A stretch of 64,000 nucleotides of DNA, taken from Planctomycetota bacterium. Its GTDB lineage: Bacteria > Planctomycetota > UBA1135. This document shows, piece after piece, positions 45,184 through 52,658 of this stretch. Position 1 is the stretch's first letter. Each line of letters starts with the position of its first letter. The position numbers and the translations under genes are program-made. The notes beneath the pieces were generated by a model. The model was not told where the DNA came from and searched no databases. It saw only the letters and a list, made by a program, of their open reading frames with translations. Where the stretch lies: positions 929 to 64,928 of the forward strand of contig RFGR01000151.1 in assembly GCA_003696625.1 (NCBI GenBank). The letters are read 5' to 3'.

Positions 45184-46967
45184 TCGCGCCCGCCCGCCGG
45201 CAGCGCCGCGAGCGGCTGATCAGCGGCCTGCTCCTGGCCGGCGTCGTCGCCTCGCTCCTGGTCGTCGCCGGCCACGTCAGGCCGCGCCTCGACCTGACCC
45301 AGGACCGTCTCTTCTCGCTGGCGCCGGTGACCCGGGAGGTGCTCGGTCGGCTGGAGGACCGGCTGCAGGTGAAGTTCTACTTCAATCGGCGGCTGGAAGG
45401 CGCCGAGGCCCTGCTGCCGGCGCGGCTGGTGCTGCGCGACTTCCTGGACGAGGTGGAAGCGGCCGGCGGCGGCCGGGTGCGGGTCGAGACCGTCGATCCG
45501 ACGGAGTCGGTCGCGGCCCGGTCGGCGGCCGAGGCGGCCGGCATCACCGCCATTCCGATGCCGACCAGCGACGCCGCCGGCGCCCGCATCGTCAACGTCT
45601 ATCAAGGCCTCGAGCTGCGCTACCAGGACCGGACCGAGGTCCTGCCGGTGCTGGTCCCGGGCGAGGTCGAGTTCGCCTTCGTCGCCGCCGTCGACTCCCT
45701 GCTGCGCGACCGGCGGCCGGTGGTCGGCCTGGTCTCGCGGGAACCGCCGATGCCCCCGGCCTTACCCGGGGTGGCCGAGGCGGTGCCGCCCGGCCGGGAG
45801 TTCGAATCCCTGCGGATCCGGCTCGGCCGTCGCTACGCCGTCCGCGACCTCGACCTGGCCGAGGACGCTCCGGACCGGCTGTCCGACCTGGCTGCCTTGA
45901 TCGTCGCCCGGCCGGAGCGCCTGAGCCCGCGCGAGGTGTTCGAGATCGACCAGTACCTGGCCGGCGGCGGCCGCGTCCTGGTCCTCTGGGACGGCGAACG
46001 GATCGACGTCGAGACGAATCGTCCGCAGCCGACCGAGACCGGTCTCGACGACTGGCTGGCGGCGATGGGGGTGCGGCCGGAGAAGGCGATGGTCTGGGAC
46101 CAGGCCGGCTTCCCCTTCCCGATCCCGGGGGCGCCGGTCCGGCTGCCGGACGGCACCGAAGTGCGCGGGCCGGGGCGGACCGTCAACTACGGCCTGTGGC
46201 CGATCGTCCAGGCCTCCGGCCTGGCGGCCGACCACATCGCCTGTCAGGGATTGGCCAACCTCTGCTTCCTCTGGGCCCACGGCCTCGCGCTCGGGCCGTT
46301 GCCCGCGGGCGTGACCGCGGAGGTCCTGGTCCGGACCTCGCCGGCCACGGGCGCGCTCGCCGGCGACTTCGACCTCGAACCTTACCTCGAGAACGTCGAG
46401 CGGCTGGCGCGCCGGGCCCGCAGCGGCCAGGAACAGCGTTCCCGGGCCCTGGTCGTCGCCCTGCGCGGCGCCTTCCCGTCGTTCTTCGCCGATCGGGAAC
46501 CGCCGGTGGCGGGCCGTCCGATCCGCTCGGCCGCCGAGCCCGGCCTGCTCGTCGTGGTCGGCGACGCCGACGCCTTCAGCAACCGGGGGATCGAGGTCGC
46601 CGCCCCGTCCCTCGGGCCGTCCGGCAATCCCCAGCTCGCGGCCAATCTGGTCGACTGGCTCTGCCAGGAGGAAGGGCTGGTCGATCTCCGGGTGCGCGGC
46701 GGCCGTCCGCGGCGGATCCGCAACTTCCGCCAGGAGGCCCTGGCCGCGGTCGGCGCCCTCGACCCGGACTTGGATCCGGACCGGCGCGAAGAGCTGGTCG
46801 CCGAGGCCGAACGGCGCGAGCGCCGGATCCGACGGCTGATCTCCTGGGGCAACGTCCTGGTGCCTCCCTTCCTGGTCCTGCTCCTGGCCCTCGGGCACTT
46901 CGCCTTCCACCGCGCCCGCGCCCGTCGGCCCTGGCGCCCGGCCGGCGGCGGGGAGGGAACGACGTGA
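45180..46967 (+). CDS. GldG-like ABC-transporter auxiliary protein
   Basis: GTG start in a GTGA overlap, giving 595 aa. It has N- and C-terminal TM anchors. RLDLTQDRLFSLAPVTREVL, VKFYFNR, IVNVYQGLELRY and VVVGDADAFSN fit GldG family proteins. Confidence 0.7.
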   Translation: MIAPARRQRRERLISGLLLAGVVASLLVVAGHVRPRLDLTQDRLFSLAPVTREVLGRLEDRLQVKFYFNRRLEGAEALLPARLVLRDFLDEVEAAGGGRVRVETVDPTESVAARSAAEAAGITAIPMPTSDAAGARIVNVYQGLELRYQDRTEVLPVLVPGEVEFAFVAAVDSLLRDRRPVVGLVSREPPMPPALPGVAEAVPPGREFESLRIRLGRRYAVRDLDLAEDAPDRLSDLAALIVARPERLSPREVFEIDQYLAGGGRVLVLWDGERIDVETNRPQPTETGLDDWLAAMGVRPEKAMVWDQAGFPFPIPGAPVRLPDGTEVRGPGRTVNYGLWPIVQASGLAADHIACQGLANLCFLWAHGLALGPLPAGVTAEVLVRTSPATGALAGDFDLEPYLENVERLARRARSGQEQRSRALVVALRGAFPSFFADREPPVAGRPIRSAAEPGLLVVVGDADAFSNRGIEVAAPSLGPSGNPQLAANLVDWLCQEEGLVDLRVRGGRPRRIRNFRQEALAAVGALDPDLDPDRREELVAEAERRERRIRRLISWGNVLVPPFLVLLLALGHFAFHRARARRPWRPAGGGEGTT

Positions 46968-47992
46968 GCCGGCGCAACCGGATCCTCCTGCTCGTCCTGG
47001 CCGCCTCGGCCGCCCTGGCGCTGGCGGTGGAGCAACCCTGGCGGGGGGACGCCTTCGCCCGCACCGCCGCCGCGGCGTCGGAACGGTTGTTCCCGCGCCT
47101 CGAACGGGAACGGGGGCGGGTCGAGCGGATCGAGATCCGGGATCCGGCCGGCCGGGGGGCCACCCTGGTCCGCTCGGGGGCCGGCTTCGTGGTCGAGGAG
47201 AAGCTCTCCCACCCGGCCGACCGGCTGCGGGTCGACCGCCTGCTCGCCGCCCTGGCCGCGCTGACCAGGAGTGACGTCGTCTCGACCAACCCCACCAAGC
47301 AGGGGGTGTACGGCGTCGACGACGCCACCGGCACCCGGCTCCGGGTCCTCGACGAGAACGGCGGCGTTCTGGCCGATCTGGTCGCCGGCAAGCTGCGCAG
47401 CCAGGATCCCCGGAAACTGGCCGGGGTGCGGCTCGAGTTCTACGTCCGCCCGGCCGGCCGGACCGAGGTCCTGCTGGTCGAGGAGCTGGCCACACCGTCG
47501 ACCGACCCGGCCGCCTGGCTGGCCCGGCGCTTCTTCCCGGTCGCCGACGAGGACCTGATCGAGATCGAGCGGCGCGACCTGGCCGAGGGCGGCGCCGACT
47601 CCTGGCGGATCGTCCGGGTCGCGGCCGAGGACGATCCGGCCACCGAGGAGGTCGAGGACCACGCCTGGCGGATGGTCGAGCCGCGGGAGGAGCCGGCCAC
47701 CCTCTACGCCGGCGATTCCTGGGTCTTCACCTTCGCCGGCCTCGGCCCGGCCGACGTCGCCGCCCGCTTGGAAGCGGGCCGGCAGCCCGAGGATCCGAAG
47801 TGGGGCTTCACCACCAACGCCTACCGGGCCCGGACCGCCGACGGCCGCGAGCTGGTCGTCTACCTCGGCCGACCGGCCGGCGCCGACCAGCGCTACGCCT
47901 GGATCCCGGGCCTGCCCTGGATCTATACGATCACCGAGCACGAAGCGATCGAGCTGAGGATGCCGGTGGAGCGGATGCTCCGCGACGACTGA
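46964..47992 (+). CDS. DUF4340-like membrane-anchored protein
   Basis: GTG start in a GTGA overlap, giving 342 aa with an N-terminal anchor RILLLVLAASAALALAV. Its position directly after a GldG-like gene is typical for DUF4340. The call rests on context and general pattern, not on a strong motif. Confidence 0.55.
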   Translation: MSRRNRILLLVLAASAALALAVEQPWRGDAFARTAAAASERLFPRLERERGRVERIEIRDPAGRGATLVRSGAGFVVEEKLSHPADRLRVDRLLAALAALTRSDVVSTNPTKQGVYGVDDATGTRLRVLDENGGVLADLVAGKLRSQDPRKLAGVRLEFYVRPAGRTEVLLVEELATPSTDPAAWLARRFFPVADEDLIEIERRDLAEGGADSWRIVRVAAEDDPATEEVEDHAWRMVEPREEPATLYAGDSWVFTFAGLGPADVAARLEAGRQPEDPKWGFTTNAYRARTADGRELVVYLGRPAGADQRYAWIPGLPWIYTITEHEAIELRMPVERMLRDD

Positions 47993-48000
47993 GGGCGGGC

Positions 48001-48987
48001 TCAGAAGCGGGCCACGGCGCCGGCCCAGTGGAAGCCGGCCCCGAAGGCGGTCATCAGGACGATCCCTCCGGGCGGGATCCGGCCGGCTTGGCGCGCTTCC
48101 CAGAGCGCCAGCGGCACCGAGGCCGACCCGGTGTTGCCATACTCCTGGACGTTCACGAACACCCGGTCGAGGGGCAGGCCGAGGGCCTTGCCGGTGGCCT
48201 CGATGATGCGGAGGTTGGCCTGGTGGGGGACGAAGAGGTCGACCTGATCGAGGCTGAGCCCGGCCAGCTCGAGCGCCGCCCGGCCGGCCTCGGCCATCCG
48301 GGTCACGGCTTCCTTGAACACCTCGCGGCCCTTCATCACCACGGCCGACCAGTGCTCCTGCTTCAGCACCTCCGCGCTGAACGGAATCCGGTTGCCGCCG
48401 ATCATGCGGCCGAGGATCGGCGCCCGGCTGCCGTCGGTGCCGGCCGTGACCGCCAGCACCTCCGGTCGGTTGGGCTGCGGCCGGCCGAGGACCACCGCCG
48501 CGGCGGCGTCGCCGAACAGGACGCAAGTATCGCGGCAGGTCCAGTCCATCTGGCGGGAGATCGCCTCCACCCCGATCAGCAGCACCCGGCGTCGGCCGGT
48601 GGCGAGGCGGGAGCAGCAGAGGTCGAGGGCTTGGAGGAAGCCGGCGCAGCCGGATCCGGCCAGGTCGAAGGTCGGCACCGGGCGGGCGCCGAGGCGGTGC
48701 TGGAGGAAGGCGGCGGTGTCCGGACAGTCCGCCTCCGGAGTGTCGGTGGCGACGACGATCTCGTCGATCTCCTCGATCGGACAGTCGGCGTCGGCCAGGG
48801 CGGCGCGGGCGGCGGCCTCGGCCAGGTCGGCGCTGGACTCGTCCGGACCGCAGATCCGCCGCCGTTCGATCCCGGTCCGCTCGCGGATCCACTGGTCCGA
48901 GGTGTCGACCCAACGGGTCCACTCTTCGTTCTCCATCACCCGCTCGGGCAGGCAGGCGCCCAGCCCTAGGATCGCGGCTCCGGCCAT
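48001..48987 (-). CDS. fabH: 3-oxoacyl-ACP synthase III
   Basis: ILGLGACLPERVMENEEW...TSDQWIRERTGIERRRI matches the FabH N-terminus. SGCAGFLQAL carries the active-site Cys. HQANLRI and NTGSASVPLAL are present. I place the start at ATG 48987 (TACAAT 6 nt upstream); the track start at 49017 is possible. Confidence 0.9.
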   Translation of the reverse strand: MAGAAILGLGACLPERVMENEEWTRWVDTSDQWIRERTGIERRRICGPDESSADLAEAAARAALADADCPIEEIDEIVVATDTPEADCPDTAAFLQHRLGARPVPTFDLAGSGCAGFLQALDLCCSRLATGRRRVLLIGVEAISRQMDWTCRDTCVLFGDAAAAVVLGRPQPNRPEVLAVTAGTDGSRAPILGRMIGGNRIPFSAEVLKQEHWSAVVMKGREVFKEAVTRMAEAGRAALELAGLSLDQVDLFVPHQANLRIIEATGKALGLPLDRVFVNVQEYGNTGSASVPLALWEARQAGRIPPGGIVLMTAFGAGFHWAGAVARF

Positions 48988-48993
48988 GGTCGG

Positions 48994-48999
48994 ATTGTA
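48994..48999 (-). promoter_or_regulatory. Candidate -10 element TACAAT (minus strand), 6 nt upstream of the fabH ATG 48987
   Basis: The minus strand reads gcgctcTACAATccgaccATG. Confidence 0.45.
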
Positions 49000-49044
49000 G
49001 AGCGCCGGCGGCGGCACCGCCGCCGGCGGGCGGAGGGGGCGGCG

Positions 49045-50622
49045 TCAGCGCAGCCCGGCCAGCTCCTGGAGCTGCCGCCAGTTCTGCAGCCGCTGCGCCA
49101 TGCAGTCGAGCAGGCTCTGGTCCGGGTTGCCGTCCTGGTCGAAGTGCTTGCGGAATCGGCCCTCGGTGCGGGCGAAGTCGACGAAGGTGAGGGGCTGGCC
49201 GGTCCGGGGGTCGGTGGCCCAGTCTTCCTTCAGAGCCGGGTTGCCCTTGAGGCTGATCCGCTCGGCCAGGCTCTCGCCGGCCCGCGGATCGTGGATCAGG
49301 AGCGGGAAGGCCCGCGTCTCGACCGCCAGTTTGGCCTGGTGGGAGGACATGTTGTCGCCGACGCCGTGCTCGGGCTGGCAGGTGTTGTAGACCACGATCA
49401 CCGCCGGCCCCGGGTACTCGTTGGCGCCCATGACCGCCCGGTAGAAGTGGTTCGGGTGGGCGCAGGTGGTCTGGGCGACGTAGACGTCCGGGTGCATCAT
49501 CGCGATCTGCGCCGCTTCCTTGCGCTTCTCGACCTTGCCCGGGCGAGCCTTGCCGAAGGCGGAGAGCTTGGCCTCCTGGCCGAAGAAGGAGGCGGTGGAG
49601 GTCTGGCCGCCGGTGTTCGAGTAGACCTGGGTGTCGAGAATCAGGACGTTGACGTCGAGCCCGGAGGCGAGCAGACGCGACAGCGCCTGGAAGCCGATAT
49701 CGAACATGCCGCCGTCGCCGCCCAAGGCCCAGAGCTTCTTCTGGTTCCAACCCATCTGGTTCCAGCGCAGGCGGACGCCGGCGGCGGTGGTGGCCGCGTT
49801 CTCGAACAGCGAGTTCATCCACGGCACCGTGTACGGGTTGTAGGGGTAGGTCGAGGCGTAGACGGTGTTGCAGCCGGTGGCGGCGACCAAGCCGATGTTG
49901 TCCTTGCCGTGCACGAAGGCGGTGGCGGCCAGCATCATGCGCAGGGCGGTGGCCTCGCCGCAGCCCATGCAGGAGCCGGCGCCGCCGACGTAGGTGCCGA
50001 CCGCCTCGGCCGACAGCATCATGTCGGTCAGGACCCGTTCGCTGATGTACTCGTCGGGGGTGTCGGGAAGCTCGCGGAAGTGGCGCCAGCCGGTCCGGAA
50101 CCAGTCGAGACCGCGCTGGTCCTTCGGCTCCATGTGCAGGGCCTGGTGGTCGCCGCAGACCTCGACGCACTCGGCGCAGCCCTTGCACTTGGTCGGGTCG
50201 ATGAAGATGCCGAACATGCCCGGCTCGCCGCCCTTCTTCTCGACCGCGTCCCAATACTTGCGGGTGCGGTTGAAGTGGCCGGCGAACTGCTCCTTCTCGG
50301 CCGGATCGTCGATCGCGGCCAGGCGCCGCTCGTACTCGCCGGCCGGCACCACCTTGGCCAGGATGGCGGTGTCCGGACATTCGGTCACGCACTCCATGCA
50401 GCCGACGCAGTTCTCGTGGTCGAGGACCGGGATGTCGGGGGCGATGTAGCTGAAATCGCGCAGCGCCGCGGTGCCCGGGGCGATGAGCGACCGGGCCACG
50501 CTGAGGTCGGCCGGCAGTTCCTCCTCGGCGGTGCCGGCGTTGTAGCAGCCGACGATCCGCTCGCGGAAGTCCTCGGCGTCGAGAAGGTCGAACAGGTCCT
50601 GCTGTTGCTGGGTGGTGGTCAT
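49045..50622 (-). CDS. Pyruvate/2-oxoacid:ferredoxin oxidoreductase, ferredoxin-domain + TPP-binding (delta-beta) subunit
   Basis: Start at ATG 50622 (MTTTQQQQDLF), giving 525 aa. It has two 4Fe-4S motifs, CVGCMECVTECP and CKGCAECVEVCG. The TPP motif reads GGDGGMFDIGFQALSRLLASGLDVNVLILDTQVYSNTGGQ. The sequence is colinear with the C-terminal half of single-chain PFOR. Confidence 0.85.
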   Translation of the reverse strand: MTTTQQQQDLFDLLDAEDFRERIVGCYNAGTAEEELPADLSVARSLIAPGTAALRDFSYIAPDIPVLDHENCVGCMECVTECPDTAILAKVVPAGEYERRLAAIDDPAEKEQFAGHFNRTRKYWDAVEKKGGEPGMFGIFIDPTKCKGCAECVEVCGDHQALHMEPKDQRGLDWFRTGWRHFRELPDTPDEYISERVLTDMMLSAEAVGTYVGGAGSCMGCGEATALRMMLAATAFVHGKDNIGLVAATGCNTVYASTYPYNPYTVPWMNSLFENAATTAAGVRLRWNQMGWNQKKLWALGGDGGMFDIGFQALSRLLASGLDVNVLILDTQVYSNTGGQTSTASFFGQEAKLSAFGKARPGKVEKRKEAAQIAMMHPDVYVAQTTCAHPNHFYRAVMGANEYPGPAVIVVYNTCQPEHGVGDNMSSHQAKLAVETRAFPLLIHDPRAGESLAERISLKGNPALKEDWATDPRTGQPLTFVDFARTEGRFRKHFDQDGNPDQSLLDCMAQRLQNWRQLQELAGLR

Positions 50623-50630
50623 GGCTGGCC

Positions 50631-52592
50631 TCAGACGCTGAGGGTGGTTTCGGCTTCGATGATCTCGCGCGGGACTTCGCGGACTTCCTCGAGGCCGCGG
50701 CGGACGCATTCCAGGTTCTCGGCCACCACCTGCTCGCCGCGACGGCCGAAGTACTTGCGGATCGAGCGCTCGACCCCGGCCAAGAGCTGGTCGTGGTCGA
50801 GGCCGGATTCCGCGGCGAAGGGCGTGACCTTGAGGAAGACGCCGAGCAGGACGATGCCCTGCATCCGCACGACCAGGTCCGGGCTGCTCGCCACTTCCCG
50901 CGCGACCCGCACCATGTCCAGGTAGTGGACGTGAATGTTCCGGTCGCGGATGGTCCGCCGGGCCTTCTCGGGGATGTTGCGCCAGACCTCTTCCGGATCC
51001 TCGAGGGGGGTCTGGACCAGGACCGAGCCGCCCTCGACCAGCCCGAACAAGGGATCGCCGTTCTGGAAGGCGTTGACGTCGTTCAGCGGCACGAACTCGA
51101 CGTGGTGCAGCTCGCAGTGGATTCGGATGTGTTCGGGGGCGATGGTCAGGAAGTAGGTGGTCGGCAGGCCCTTCTTCTCCGAGCCGTACTTCGGGTAGGC
51201 CTGGACCTGCTTGCCGAACAAATCGGCGACCAGGGTGGCGATGACCTTGTTGGTGGTCACCGAGCCGTAGCCGCCGACCGAGTGGCCGCGCATCGAGAAG
51301 CTGCCCGGCGGCCGCACGTCCGGGTCGTCCCGGCGACGGAGGGCGGTCGGGTGGTCGATGTTCAGCGAGAAGTAGCGACCGGCCGGGGTGGTGCCGCCGG
51401 CGGCCAGGAACTCGAACAGGGCCTTGATGTCGCCCGGGCGGACGTCGCGCGAACCGAGACCGCCGGAGCCGTCGTAGACCGCCGGCAGCGAGGTCAAGGG
51501 CTCGTAGCCGGGAGCGCCGGTGTTGGCGTCGTAGAGGGCGGCCTTGATCTCGGCCGCGAGCGGGTTGGACTGGGCGGCCGGAATATCGAGCCGCTCGATC
51601 GTCGCCACCGCCTTGGCCCGGCCGAGGACCCGGGCCAGCTCCGGGCCGGGGAAGGGCCGCCAAGCGATCACCGAGACGCAGCCGACTTTGAGGTCGCTGT
51701 TCTCCCGCAGCCAGTCGACCGTGGCCGCGGTCGTCTCCATCAGCGATCCCATGCCGACGACGATGTAGTCGGCGTCTTCGCAGCGGTAGGGGTCGATCAG
51801 GCCGTAGGTGCGGCCGGTCTTGGCCGCGAACTCGGCGAAGGCGCTCTCCAGCTCCGGCCGCAGCAGGTCGTAGAAGGCCCGCTGGGCGATCTTGCCCTTC
51901 ATGTAGGAGTCCTGGTTCTGGACCACCCCGCTCATCAGGGCGGTCTCGGTGTCCATCAGGTTGGGCACCTTGTCGCGCGGATCGCCGACGAACTCCTTCA
52001 TGAACTCCGGCTCGGGCAGGAGGACGTTCTCGACCGTGTGGGTGGTGAGGAAGCCGTCCTCGACGTTCAAGAAGGGGGTGGAGGTGGCCTCGGCCGCGCG
52101 GCGGGCGATCAGGGCGAAGTCGGCGCACTCTTGGGCGTTGCGGGCCATCAACACCCCCCAGCCGCAGTCCAGCACGGCGGCGATGTCGTCGTGGCCGGCG
52201 TGGACGTTGAGCGACTGGCTGGTCAACGCCCGGGCGCCGATGTGGAAGACGGCCGGCAGGCGCTTGCCGGAGATCGTGAACAGCACCTCCTTCATCAGCA
52301 CCAGGCCTTGGCCGGAGGTGAAGGTCGCCACCCGGCCGCCGGCGGCGGCGTAGCCCTCGCAGGCCGAGGCGGCGCTGTGCTCGCTCTCCGGCTCGAAGAA
52401 GACCAGAGGGGTTCCCCAGAGGTTGGTCTTGCCGGCGGCGACCGCGGCCTCGAAGGCCTGGCCCATCGTCGTCGAGGAGGTGATGGGGTAGCCGACCGCG
52501 CCCTCGCCGACGTGGGTCTCGACGTAGGCGACCATGGTCGCACCGTCGGCGGTCGCGGGCTGGCCCGGGTAGGGAATGGGGTCTTGGGGCAT
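50631..52592 (-). CDS. Pyruvate/2-oxoacid:ferredoxin oxidoreductase, domains I-II-III (alpha-gamma) subunit
   Basis: I place the start at ATG 52592, preceded by GAGAGGAAA, giving 653 aa. GYPITSSTTM, ESEHSAASACEGYAAAGGRVATFTSGQGL, YIVVGMGS and GHSVGGYGSVTTNK align with the N-terminal half of PFOR. Confidence 0.85.
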   Translation of the reverse strand: MPQDPIPYPGQPATADGATMVAYVETHVGEGAVGYPITSSTTMGQAFEAAVAAGKTNLWGTPLVFFEPESEHSAASACEGYAAAGGRVATFTSGQGLVLMKEVLFTISGKRLPAVFHIGARALTSQSLNVHAGHDDIAAVLDCGWGVLMARNAQECADFALIARRAAEATSTPFLNVEDGFLTTHTVENVLLPEPEFMKEFVGDPRDKVPNLMDTETALMSGVVQNQDSYMKGKIAQRAFYDLLRPELESAFAEFAAKTGRTYGLIDPYRCEDADYIVVGMGSLMETTAATVDWLRENSDLKVGCVSVIAWRPFPGPELARVLGRAKAVATIERLDIPAAQSNPLAAEIKAALYDANTGAPGYEPLTSLPAVYDGSGGLGSRDVRPGDIKALFEFLAAGGTTPAGRYFSLNIDHPTALRRRDDPDVRPPGSFSMRGHSVGGYGSVTTNKVIATLVADLFGKQVQAYPKYGSEKKGLPTTYFLTIAPEHIRIHCELHHVEFVPLNDVNAFQNGDPLFGLVEGGSVLVQTPLEDPEEVWRNIPEKARRTIRDRNIHVHYLDMVRVAREVASSPDLVVRMQGIVLLGVFLKVTPFAAESGLDHDQLLAGVERSIRKYFGRRGEQVVAENLECVRRGLEEVREVPREIIEAETTLSV

Positions 52593-52642
52593 GCGGTTTC
52601 CTCTCGTGGCACGGGGCGCCACCCCGGTACCTAACCCATCCC

Positions 52643-52648
52643 ATTCTA
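52643..52648 (-). promoter_or_regulatory. Candidate -10 element TAGAAT (minus strand) upstream of the PFOR genes
   Basis: The minus strand reads ttccccTAGAATgggatggg, 50 nt upstream of ATG 52592 and 10 nt after the stop of the AceE-like gene. Confidence 0.4.
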
Positions 52649-52658
52649 GGGGAAAGGC

